DNA of 64,000 nt from Candidatus Obscuribacteraceae bacterium (GCA_044226015.1 JBGAHS010000001.1:1312001-1376000), one strand, 5' to 3'; counted from the stretch's first letter, positions 53,011 to 62,348 are shown. Notes: a model not told the origin generated them from the sequence alone. Numbers and translations are program-made.

Positions 53011-53440
53011 GTCGGGACGGCAAGCGAGATCCGCCAATGGGTGGCGTGAGGACAGTAAGCCAGATCTGGCAGCTGGAGCCAGGCGGCAGGGCTTCAATCA
53101 GATCTGGCAGCTGGAGCCAGGCGGCAGGGCTTCAATCCAGATCTGCCAGCCGGAGCCAGGAGTGAGGACAGTAAGCCAGATCTGCCAGCCGGAGCCAGGA
53201 GTGAGGACAGTAAGCCAGATCTGCCAGCCGGAGCCGGGAGTCAGGACGGCAAGCGAGATCCGCCAATGGGTGGCGTGAGGACCGTAAGCCAGATCTGCCA
53301 GCCGGAGCCGGGAGTCAGGACGGCAAGCGAGATCCGCCAATGGGTGGCGTGAGGACCGTAAGCCAGAGCTTGCAGCTGGAGCCAGGAGTCAGGGCTGCAA
53401 GCCAGATCTGGCAAGCTGGAGCCAGGCGGTAGGACGCTAA
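53011..53440. repeat. GC-rich mosaic tandem array, 11 units of 35-39 bp anchored on AGATC
   Basis: AGATC/AGAGC at 53027, 53062, 53100, 53139, 53178, 53217, 53256, 53291, 53330, 53365, 53404. Confidence 0.9.
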
Positions 53441-53643
53441 CCGCAAGCCAAGTTCATCATAGATGTTCGGAATCCAAGTTCGCGAGCAATGGTGACGAGC
53501 CGGTTTTTGTGCCGGCCCCGCGAGAAAATCTCGCCGGACGCCTAGGTGTCGGACCATTAGGTGTCGGACCATGGTTCTCTTTATCTCGCACGGCATTTGC
53601 ACGGCAGTTTCTATATCGTCGATTTGTTGGGCGAGGAAAATCG

Positions 53644-54198
53644 ATGGATAGATTCACGTTTAAGGCAGAACCGGAGTCGAGTAAGACTCATAACAATCCT
53701 GGAGATGTTTGGCTTTCTGAGTTACTCCAGCATAGCGAATTGAGGTCAGTTCCCATAAAACCACGAATTTCTGATTTGCCACCACAGCACGCGGAAAAGT
53801 CTGATGAAAAAAAGATTGAAGAAGTCGCCACCACTTTAGCTTCGCAGCTCACAGCAAAAGTGTCCACGATGAAGGATTGTACGAGCAATCGGTGTGAACC
53901 GACCCATTTGAACATGTTCAATCCGAAGGCTCTACCGCACGGTATCGTTGGTGTTCAGCTTGACTTCGAACTCGAAAGAGGCGGAAAAAATGGACGGACA
54001 ATTGACGAAACTATGTTAGTTGGAAATGAGTCCAATAAGCCGCAAGAAGATCTGAATCGCACTCTAAACCAGCTAGTTAGCTCCGGTGCCGAGGACGGTC
54101 AATTTAGGCTAAAGCTTGAAGCCAAAGACTCTGCTTTAGGCTCTTTTCGGGAAATGGAGGGAACTGTTCACGTGCATCTTTTGCGTGGCTTGAACTGA
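53644..54198 (+). CDS. Hypothetical protein
   Basis: ATG 53644 with GAGGA RBS inside the 229-aa ORF; no recognised family. Confidence 0.55.
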   Translation: MDRFTFKAEPESSKTHNNPGDVWLSELLQHSELRSVPIKPRISDLPPQHAEKSDEKKIEEVATTLASQLTAKVSTMKDCTSNRCEPTHLNMFNPKALPHGIVGVQLDFELERGGKNGRTIDETMLVGNESNKPQEDLNRTLNQLVSSGAEDGQFRLKLEAKDSALGSFREMEGTVHVHLLRGLN

Positions 54199-54401
54199 GC
54201 TTATCTGTCATGTGTGCTTGTAACATCTCTTTCTCCGTCACTTGCGTGGCTTAGCTCATTCTTTTGGCGTTCGCCAGGCAGGACCAGTGGACCTGCTCGT
54301 TGTGCAGTTTCGTTAGAAGGCGCGACTCTGCAGTTGCTTAATTGAGTCACGTGGGAAGTCGCATCTAGTTGACTGGAAGGTGCTTCTGATCCGTTTGACT
54401 G

Positions 54402-54765
54402 GCGTGAGGCTGTCTCATCCGCCACGGATGCGTGGGGCTGACTCCTCCGTTATGGATGCGTGCTGCTGCTTCATCTGACATGGATGCGTGGGGCTGTCTC
54501 ATCGTCCATGGATGCGTGGGGCTGTCTCATCCGCCGGATGCGTGGGGCTGTCTCATCCGCCATGGATGCGTGGGGCTGTCTCATCCGCCACGGATGCGTG
54601 GGGCTGTCTCATCTGACATGGATGCGTGGGGCTGACTCCTCCGACATGGATGCGTGCTGCTGCTTCATCTGACATGGATGCGTGGGGCTGTCTCATCGGC
54701 CACGGAAGCGCCTTGCCCGTCGGGAAGGTGAGCCAACGTAATCATGTCGGATGAAAAAGCCCCAC
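54402..54765. repeat. REP-like 28-bp tandem array (about 11 copies) GGATGCGTGGGGCTGTCTCATCCGCCAT plus one inverted copy
   Basis: GGATG at 54426 through 54676, about every 28 bp; CATCC-loop-GGATG hairpins; inverted copy CATGTCGGATGAAAAAGCCCCAC at about 54743-54765. Confidence 0.9.
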
Positions 54766-54778
54766 ATGCGTGGACTGT

Positions 54779-55624
54779 TCATTCGTCGTGACTTGCGTGT
54801 GTACTCCAGAGTTCACCGCCTGGGCGGTTGACCTGGTTGATCCAGTCTCCGAATTTTCCACCAGATTTCCAGATGAGTTTTGGTGGTCCACTCTTCGTCA
54901 ATGAATAAACGGTGTACATGTGATAGTTCGAGTCGTTCAATTTTTCGTGTATAAATGCGATTTCCTGTTTGCCATCGTGATCTACATCGGCAGCTGAAAC
55001 TGTATCCAGCTTTTGTCCGGTTTTGGGATCGACGACAGTGACATATTCCATCGGCGGAGTGTATTCGGTCAATACGACTCTTCCGTTCTTTAACCATTGC
55101 ATGGCGGCTATCCATCGTCCGTAAATTTTACCCATGCGAAGAACGTAGCCGCCAACTTTGTGATTTTTCCACTCCAAGCTGTTCAAGAATCCTTTATCCA
55201 TTGAGCTAGGCGGCAGATGTGATGTCCACGACTTTACTGTATCGGCCTTGTTTGCACTGTCCCCTTTTGTATTGTCACTCACAACTCCGTGCTTAACTTT
55301 GTTTGCACTCTCTGCTCTATCAGCGACGTCATCACCGTCGTTCTTATTCGCATTATTGCTCTTGGGGATGTCGCCCTTACTTGTTGTGGCAGGAGCCGCC
55401 GCTAGCATGAGACCCACCGTATCTTTAGCGGTCTTTCTAATTCCGATGGAGTCGGAGCTTTCGTTGTAGGCAGTTTCTTTTCCATAAAAGTTTGCAGAAT
55501 CGGCTTTGCGATTCGAAACACAATCACACATGGTTGGTGCTGCTAAAACACGAGAAAAGGTAGTCGGCGCCAAAACGAAGAACACCGAGCAAAATATGCA
55601 GCTGATTTGCGTGGTTCGGTCCAT
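54779..55624 (-). CDS. Secreted hypothetical protein with one FG-GAP/EF-hand-like Ca-binding motif
   Basis: Signal peptide; ADVDHDGKQEI. Confidence 0.6.
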   Translation of the reverse strand: MDRTTQISCIFCSVFFVLAPTTFSRVLAAPTMCDCVSNRKADSANFYGKETAYNESSDSIGIRKTAKDTVGLMLAAAPATTSKGDIPKSNNANKNDGDDVADRAESANKVKHGVVSDNTKGDSANKADTVKSWTSHLPPSSMDKGFLNSLEWKNHKVGGYVLRMGKIYGRWIAAMQWLKNGRVVLTEYTPPMEYVTVVDPKTGQKLDTVSAADVDHDGKQEIAFIHEKLNDSNYHMYTVYSLTKSGPPKLIWKSGGKFGDWINQVNRPGGELWSTHASHDE

Positions 55625-55883
55625 AAATCCATTTTTCCACTGAGTGCCTTGATTGTGCTCAGGGTTATCACCGTAATTGCATTAAATTAAATTTCCATCA
55701 CGAAGTCCTGATGATAATAATTACACTTTTAGACCTTTTCATCGTCGCATCAAAAAGACAAAGCTCTCGAAACCTTTGTTATTGTTGTCGTTGCTTAGGA
55801 CACCCCAGTATCCAAGATGAACTGCGTTCAATGATTTTTGATTCGCATCTAATAGATCATGGGTCTGTCAACGGAGACAGGCA

Positions 55884-57368
55884 GTGCTATTCAATAGTTT
55901 TACCTACTTACTTTTCTTACCACTTGTGGCGTTGGTCTATTGGACGGCTCCGCAACGAGCGAGACATCTCATCCTCCTGCTAGCGAGCTATTTCTTCTAC
56001 ATGAGCTGGATGAAGATCTACGGCTTGCTTCTGTTCGGATTGACTGCAATCAATTATTTGCTTGGAATTTCTCTGGCAAGCTCGAAGTCGCATTCATCTC
56101 GCCGATTGATTTTTATCGCTGGATTGAGTGCAAATTTGGGCTGTTTGGCGCTTTTCAAATATACCAATTTCTTCATTGACTCGGTCCGGCAAATTAATGC
56201 CGCGCTTGCGCATGCCTTTGGTGTGCCTATTGTCGCTGATCTAGCCAGTCTGCCTGATCTACCCATCATTCTTCCACTGGGGATCTCATTCTTTGTTTTT
56301 GAATTCATCCACTATCTAGCAGATGTGTTCAAGGGCGAGAAGCCTATGAAGTCGCCTGTCAGATTTGCACTGTTCGCGGCATTCTTTCCTTCGCAAATTG
56401 CTGGTCCCATCAAGCGTTTTGAAGATTTCGAAAACCAGCTCACTGCGTCAGCACAATTTTCGAAACAACTGTTTCAATCTGGACTTCTGCTGATTTTGCA
56501 GGGACTCTTTAAGAAGGTCGTACTGGGCGATAATCTTGCTCCGCTAGTGCAGGCAGGTTTTTCTGCCCCGCAAAATATGGGCACCTTCGATGCCTGGATT
56601 TGCGTTTTTGCCTTTGCTTTGCAAATCTACTACGATTTCTCTGGTTACACCGACATCGGTCGTGGATCGGCTATGGTACTCGGTTTTACGCTTCCCGAAA
56701 ACTTCAATATGCCTTACGTGGCGAAGAGTCTAAAAGAGTTCTGGCATCGCTGGCACATCAGTCTGTCCACATGGCTTCGCGATTATCTTTTTATTCCCAT
56801 GGGCGGCTCACGCAACGGCAAGGTCGCTGCCGCGCGGAACCTAATAGTGACCATGCTCTTGGGTGGTCTCTGGCACGGAGCATCATGGCATTACGTAGCC
56901 TGGGGTGGCTTCCATGGCAGTGGGCTTGCGGTAAACAGAGTTTTGGATACATTAATTGAGAAATCGCCTGCGCTCAGCCGCGCTTCACAGACCTGGTGGT
57001 GGAACCTATCTGCGCAATTGTCAACATTTTTGCTCGTTTGTATTGGCTGGGTTGTTTTCCGCGCAAGTGACATGAATGAGGCAATGGGTGTATACCAATC
57101 GATGTTCACGATGCGCCCATCGACTGGACCAGAAGCAACAATTGCCGAGCTTTTTCTGCAGTCGAGTTTGCCAGTAGCACTGATACTATATGTGGTGACA
57201 TACACGCTGACAAAGTACTTCCCAACTTGGGGGCTTCATTTGCCAGAATCTCTGCGCAATCTTCGCTTTCCAATTTATGCCAGAGCGATCGCGGTTGCCG
57301 GATTCGCTCTTGTTGTTGTTGGCTTAGCACCACAACGCTCCATTCCGTTTATTTATTTCCAATTTTAA
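55884..57368 (+). CDS. MBOAT family O-acyltransferase (AlgI/PatA-like)
   Basis: LPLGISFF, QIYYDFSGYTD, FWHRWHISLSTWLRDY, GLWHG, FIYFQF. Confidence 0.95.
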   Translation: MLFNSFTYLLFLPLVALVYWTAPQRARHLILLLASYFFYMSWMKIYGLLLFGLTAINYLLGISLASSKSHSSRRLIFIAGLSANLGCLALFKYTNFFIDSVRQINAALAHAFGVPIVADLASLPDLPIILPLGISFFVFEFIHYLADVFKGEKPMKSPVRFALFAAFFPSQIAGPIKRFEDFENQLTASAQFSKQLFQSGLLLILQGLFKKVVLGDNLAPLVQAGFSAPQNMGTFDAWICVFAFALQIYYDFSGYTDIGRGSAMVLGFTLPENFNMPYVAKSLKEFWHRWHISLSTWLRDYLFIPMGGSRNGKVAAARNLIVTMLLGGLWHGASWHYVAWGGFHGSGLAVNRVLDTLIEKSPALSRASQTWWWNLSAQLSTFLLVCIGWVVFRASDMNEAMGVYQSMFTMRPSTGPEATIAELFLQSSLPVALILYVVTYTLTKYFPTWGLHLPESLRNLRFPIYARAIAVAGFALVVVGLAPQRSIPFIYFQF

Positions 57369-57383
57369 GAACCCTTCAGTAGA

Positions 57384-59045
57384 TTGAGTAAAATGGTTGA
57401 ACTAAAAGACAAAATTGAATCAGGTATTCAAAAAACGCAGGCGGAGGCGAGTTCGAGATCGCTAGCTGGAGGCGTAGCTACTCTAGCCAGCGCTGCTCTG
57501 CTGAGTGTACTCATGATGGGTCTGACGTGGGGCGTCGTTGAGTGTATTTTTGCTGCAGCGCATGTTGGCGAGGATACAGTTGCACAGCCGGATCCGCTGC
57601 TGGGATACTCTCATCTCGAAAATCAGATGATTACTTTTAGATCTGAGGGCTATTCGCGCTCGCTGATAAACCCAATGGGATTCAGAGATCGTATATACGC
57701 CGTTCCTAAGCCTCCTGGCGTCAAGAGAGTGTGCATCACTGGAGACTCTATGACTATGGGTCTGGAGGTTCCGCTGTCTGCGACATATCCAAAGCTCCTG
57801 GAAAAACGCTTTCAAGCCGAAGGCAAGAACATTGAAGTGGTAAATTGTGGCATGTCGGGAACTGGAACGGGACAGCAGTTTTTGGGATGGCGTCAATCTA
57901 TTTCAAGACTCCAGCCCGATATGTTGATCATCGGTTACCACCTTGGGGATACGGACGACAATGTAGGCGGTGGAACGAATCCTCCTCGCCCAACATTTCT
58001 AGTTGATGCTAAGAACAATCACTTGAACGTAGATTTCGCTGATGTGGATAGATTCTTTGCTGGGGAGAACTCTAGATTTTATTCTTCGTTTGGATGGTTT
58101 CGCCGGAACAGCCGTGTGCTTGCGGTTTTGAATAAAATGGATCTCGATTTGCACGCCGATCCTGCACATAAATTGGTGATGAATGTAATCGGAAAGCCTA
58201 TTGGGGCTGCCTGGTCATCGCTGTTGAAAAAACTACCCGCGGGAAATTGGCAAATTCAAGAGCGTCGAGCTATTGTTGCTGACTTGCTGCCGGGATCTAA
58301 TTCTGTTCCCAAAGTGAATGCACCAGCTTCACCACCACCACCTTCACCAACACCAGCTTCCGATGTGACTGCAGCCGCGGTGTCCGTGAAGTCGGGAGAC
58401 GCAGCAACATCAACCTCTGATCCGGCAACAGAAGCTTCGGCAACGGCAGGTTCGGCAAAGCCGGCTTCGGCAACAGCCGCTTCGGCAAAGCCAGCTTCGG
58501 CAAAGCCAGCTTCGGCAAAGCCAGCTTCGGCAACGCCAGCTTCGGCAACGCCGGTATCAGGATCTTTATCAGCTTCAGGTGCGAGTTCTGAGGCAGTGCC
58601 AGCAACCGCTGCATCCGTAGCGATTCCTACTGCCGTATCTACAGTTCCTTCAACAGAAGCAAAGGCGATGCCTGTGGAACATGGACAAGCAGACATCGAT
58701 TTATATCGTGGCATGATCTGGCTCCATAACCAAAGAATGCAGGTCACTCTATCCATCCTGAAAGAGCTCAATGCTGAATGCAAAGCTCACAATTGCAAGT
58801 TAGTAGTTGCTGGTCTTCCGGCATACAACAATACGATCATTTATTATCGTGAGCTCCAAGATATTCGCAAGCTTGCTGAGAAAGAGCACTTCGGATTTGT
58901 TGAGTGCTGGACTCCGTATCCAAGGCGAGGACCGCTGGAAGACAGCAAATACCATTTCAGCACGCACTTTAATTGTGCTGGTCACCAAGTAATGGCTGAA
59001 ACTCTCTATAAAAGGGTTTTTCAAGACCCTTCGATGTCCCTATAA
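57384..59045 (+). CDS. SGNH/GDSL hydrolase-fold protein, likely O-acyltransferase partner, with Ala/Ser/Pro-rich insertion
   Basis: TM helix; TGDSMT, NCGMSG, THFNCAGH motifs; follows the MBOAT gene. Confidence 0.8.
   Translation: MSKMVELKDKIESGIQKTQAEASSRSLAGGVATLASAALLSVLMMGLTWGVVECIFAAAHVGEDTVAQPDPLLGYSHLENQMITFRSEGYSRSLINPMGFRDRIYAVPKPPGVKRVCITGDSMTMGLEVPLSATYPKLLEKRFQAEGKNIEVVNCGMSGTGTGQQFLGWRQSISRLQPDMLIIGYHLGDTDDNVGGGTNPPRPTFLVDAKNNHLNVDFADVDRFFAGENSRFYSSFGWFRRNSRVLAVLNKMDLDLHADPAHKLVMNVIGKPIGAAWSSLLKKLPAGNWQIQERRAIVADLLPGSNSVPKVNAPASPPPPSPTPASDVTAAAVSVKSGDAATSTSDPATEASATAGSAKPASATAASAKPASAKPASAKPASATPASATPVSGSLSASGASSEAVPATAASVAIPTAVSTVPSTEAKAMPVEHGQADIDLYRGMIWLHNQRMQVTLSILKELNAECKAHNCKLVVAGLPAYNNTIIYYRELQDIRKLAEKEHFGFVECWTPYPRRGPLEDSKYHFSTHFNCAGHQVMAETLYKRVFQDPSMSL
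58433..58552 (+). repeat. In-frame 15-bp tandem repeat (ASAKP/ASATP)
   Basis: GCTTCGGCAAAGCCA units. Confidence 0.85.
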
Positions 59046-59056
59046 GACCTAAAAGC

Positions 59057-59313
59057 TTAGATCGATACCGGTTGAAAATCGAGTTTGAAGCGAGGCGCTT
59101 GCCAATCGAAAATTAGATCGATACCGGTTGAAAATCGAGTTTGAAGCGAGGCGCTTGCCAATCGAAAATTAGATCGATACCGGTTGGAAATCGAGTTTGA
59201 AGGGAGGCGCTTGCCAATCGAAAATTAGATCGATACCGGTTGGAAATCGAGTTTGAAGGGAGGCGCTTGCCAATCGAAAATTAGATCGATACCGGTTGGA
59301 AATCGAGTTTGAA
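59057..59313. repeat. 56-bp tandem array (4.6 copies) TTAGATCGATACCGGTTG(A/G)AAATCGAGTTTGAAG(C/G)GAGGCGCTTGCCAATCGAAAA
   Basis: Units at 59057, 59113, 59169, 59225, 59281; between convergent genes. Confidence 0.95.
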
Positions 59314-59364
59314 TCTTGTCTGTCGAATAAAAATTCTAAGCTATCTAGGGTATCAAAGTGTCAG

Positions 59365-60657
59365 CTAATTCGTGTCGGCGTTATACCTGGCTCTATCAGC
59401 ATCTGCTCTGGCTCGATCCGACGCATCTCTGGCCAGATTAGCGTAGTTTTGCGCCTGAGTACCACCATTGTAGGCCGCAGATTCTGCTCTCTGCGAAGCA
59501 TAGTAAGCATCATTGGAGGCATAATATGCCTGGTCTGCCCAATTTTTTCGACTCCATTTATCACTTCCATAACGCGCTTTCTCTGCATAGTTGCGTGCTC
59601 TGGTTGCTTCGTTCTCAGCCCTTTGATAAGCGTTGTAAGCAGTCGCTGTTGCTTGCGAATGATCGGTCGGTGGCGCCGCTGCACTTCCGCTGCCACCACC
59701 CATAGTGCCACCGAAAGAAGGACTGCCTCCTTCGAAAAACACTCGAAGGAGATCTTGTTTGGTCATACCAGGAAACATGCCGGACATTCCCCTGTTTTGT
59801 TGAGGTGGGGACGGGCGGGTATAGGCATTTGGTGTGTAATTTTGTTTCGCTACAGGTTGCTGTGGTACTCTCGATACGGGAGTCCTCGACCAGTTGCTTT
59901 TGGTATCGATAGCATTTAGCGCTTGTTCGAGATTCTGCATTGTATTAGCTCCATTAGAGGAACCATTTCTCGCAAGGTTTGGCGAACCGTACTGTTGCTG
60001 TTGTCCATAGTTGTTTTGCGGTTGACTAGCGTACTGGTGAGACTGCATTGCTGAATTCGGTTGAGGAACATACCGCTGTTGAAAGTTGTTGGAGTGTTGG
60101 GCTCCGAATTGTGTGGTTTGGTTATAAGGCTGTGCTCTACCGCCAAATGAATAGACATTTCGGGCTCCGGTATAGTTCGAGCCGGAAGCTCCGTTGTTAT
60201 TTCCGTAAGTATAGTTCGAGCCGGAGGCTCCGTTGTTATTTCCGTAAGTATAGTTCGAGCCGGAAGCTCCGTTGTTACTTCCGTAAGTATAGTTCGAGCC
60301 GGAAGCTCGGTTGTTATTTCCGTAAGCATGGTTCGAGCCGGAAGCTCCGTTGTTATTTCCGTAAGTATAGTTCGAGCCGGAAGCTCCGTTGTTGTTTCCG
60401 TAAGCATAGTTCGAGCCGGAAAATCTGCCGTTGTTATTTCCAAAGGATCTGCTGGTGCTGTTGCCATTGTTGTTGGAGTAAGACCTATTCGAACCACCGA
60501 ACCCGCTGTTAAATGAGCTGTTTGATTGTCCAAAACTACCGTTGTTATTATTATCTGCGGGAAAGTACTGAGCATTTGCAGATGAACTAGAAAACATTGC
60601 TAGAACGAGCAACGAGGAAAGAACCAAATTTGTCTTCGCTGGTTTCATTTCGATCAC
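59365..60657 (-). CDS. Secreted Asn/Gly/Gln-rich low-complexity protein with Ala-rich helical C-terminus
   Basis: Signal peptide; 13-aa repeats NNNGASGSNYTYG. Confidence 0.7.
   Translation of the reverse strand: MIEMKPAKTNLVLSSLLVLAMFSSSSANAQYFPADNNNNGSFGQSNSSFNSGFGGSNRSYSNNNGNSTSRSFGNNNGRFSGSNYAYGNNNGASGSNYTYGNNNGASGSNHAYGNNNRASGSNYTYGSNNGASGSNYTYGNNNGASGSNYTYGNNNGASGSNYTGARNVYSFGGRAQPYNQTTQFGAQHSNNFQQRYVPQPNSAMQSHQYASQPQNNYGQQQQYGSPNLARNGSSNGANTMQNLEQALNAIDTKSNWSRTPVSRVPQQPVAKQNYTPNAYTRPSPPQQNRGMSGMFPGMTKQDLLRVFFEGGSPSFGGTMGGGSGSAAAPPTDHSQATATAYNAYQRAENEATRARNYAEKARYGSDKWSRKNWADQAYYASNDAYYASQRAESAAYNGGTQAQNYANLARDASDRARADADRARYNADTN
60170..60442 (-). repeat. In-frame 39-bp tandem repeat (about 7 copies)
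   Basis: GTATAGTTCGAGCCGGAAGCTCCGTTGTTATTTCCGTAA units. Confidence 0.9.
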
Positions 60658-61727
60658 TGATTCTTCGGTAATTTGACGAGATGCATTACACTCGTATCCG
60701 GAATGGGCTCGCCATCACAACTTTGTTCAATCGATTGCCAGTTGAATTCGTTTGAATTCAAACGAGTGAATACGTTTTTTGCAAGTGTGTTTTTGCCTTG
60801 AGAAGACACCCCTGCGAAACTAAGTGTCCATTGCTCCCCATTGTGGTCCCATTTGCCATATCCAAAGCCACCGTCACAATCAAAATGCCATGAAACTAAC
60901 GAGCTAGTTTTTGGATCCCATCCGATGATTTGTTTATCTACTAATTCACTATTATCTGGCTCTTTGAATATGGTTTTAGCCTCGATAAATTTGTGGTTTT
61001 CGGTCCACTTAATTTCAACGGAGCCTGATTCTCCCGGCTTTTCAATCCTCCAATTTCCAATCATCCAGGACATCTCGAGTAATTGGTCATGCGATTTCAA
61101 ATTCTGAATTAGTGTCTCGGTAGCTTCGCTAATGAGCCAACCCGCATTCTCTTTTACGAGCACCACAGATATTTTGGACGTAGGCAGTTCCGCTTCACCG
61201 CTTTTGCGAGTGAGGTCTCCTGTAGCGATTGCGACGTGTGGTGCTGGAAAAGAAACTGTCTCCAGATGAATTGCTATTTTGTCAGCAGCCCGGTTCTTGA
61301 ACGCTGCATTAAAGTAGTCTTGCAGCTGCCCTTTGCCCTGAAATGACTCGCCATCTTGATTAATGAATGTAGCGTTGGGATTCCAGAGAGAAAGCAATTT
61401 CGTTGCATCGCCGAGATTAATGCATTCGGCAAGGTTCCGCAATGTTCCGCGGACTTCTTCGCCGATGTCATCGCTTGTGACAATATTCGTGGACTTTTTT
61501 GTTTGTACATCCGACTCCGAAAGTTTGCTGATTTGTGATTTCTTTCCAGAAGCGGATTTCTTGTTTGCGGATTTCTTGTTTGCAAGTTTCTTGTTTGCTA
61601 TATCATCCCCAGTTTGTTGAACTTTCTTCGGTTCGGTTGATGCTTCTACCGCCCCAGCTGGTAAGCAATTCTCAGCGCTAAGAGAATAAAACAAAAGGGC
61701 TATTGTCAGTGCTATTTGTGTCTTCAT
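60654..61727 (-). CDS. Secreted SnoaL/NTF2-like (SgcJ/EcaC, DUF4440) domain protein
   Basis: INLGDATKLLSLWNPNATFINQDGE...VLVKENAGWLI; second domain WMIGNW...QIIGWDP...SWHFDCDGGFG. Confidence 0.75.
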   Translation of the reverse strand: MKTQIALTIALLFYSLSAENCLPAGAVEASTEPKKVQQTGDDIANKKLANKKSANKKSASGKKSQISKLSESDVQTKKSTNIVTSDDIGEEVRGTLRNLAECINLGDATKLLSLWNPNATFINQDGESFQGKGQLQDYFNAAFKNRAADKIAIHLETVSFPAPHVAIATGDLTRKSGEAELPTSKISVVLVKENAGWLISEATETLIQNLKSHDQLLEMSWMIGNWRIEKPGESGSVEIKWTENHKFIEAKTIFKEPDNSELVDKQIIGWDPKTSSLVSWHFDCDGGFGYGKWDHNGEQWTLSFAGVSSQGKNTLAKNVFTRLNSNEFNWQSIEQSCDGEPIPDTSVMHLVKLPKNQ

Positions 61728-61809
61728 AATGACCCGCAGGAAAAGGAAATATTATAAAGCATTCTATTTGTCATTGAATCGGCGAGGGACGGATCTCTTT
61801 GCATCGACG

Positions 61810-62348
61810 CGATCACCCAACCGGTATCGATTGAAAATTTGAATGACCTGGCAGCGAGAAAATCATAAAGTGGAATGCGTAAGATTTTCCCGGATTAGGT
61901 TGTAAGAGAAACGATCACACAACCGGTATCGATTGAAAATTTGAATGACCTGGCAGCGAGAAAAACATAAAGTGGAATGCGTAAGATTTTCCCGGATTAG
62001 GTTGTAAGAGAAGCGATCACCCAACCGGTATCGATTGAAAGTTTGAATGACCAGGCAGCGAGAAAATCATAAAGTGGAATGCGTAAGATTTTCCCGGATT
62101 AGGTTGTAAGAGAAACGATCACACAACCGGTATCGATTGAAAATTTGAATTACCTGGCAGCGAGAAAATCATAAGTGGAATGCGTAAGATTTTCGCGGAT
62201 TAGGTTGTAAGAGAAGAGATCACCCAACCGGTATCGATTGAAAGTTTGAATGACCAGGCAGCGAGAAAATCATAAAGTGGAATGCGTAAGATTTTCGCGG
62301 ATTAGGTTGTAAGAGAAGCGATCACCCAACCGGTATCGATTGAAAATC
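61810..62348. repeat. 102-bp tandem array (5.3 copies) beginning CGATCACCCAACCGGTATCGATTGAAA
   Basis: Units at 61810, 61912, 62014, 62116, 62217, 62319. Confidence 0.95.

Noticed and set aside
53011..53440. TIGR (tandem interspaced guide RNA) array
   Set aside because: Unit size is similar and CCA/TG trinucleotides occur, but there is no regular pair of unique 9-nt spacers and no Nop-domain Tas gene nearby
46107..62348. Tandem arrays as CRISPR arrays
   Set aside because: Sequences between the conserved cores are identical or near-identical within each array, so there are no unique spacers; no cas1/cas2/cas6 present
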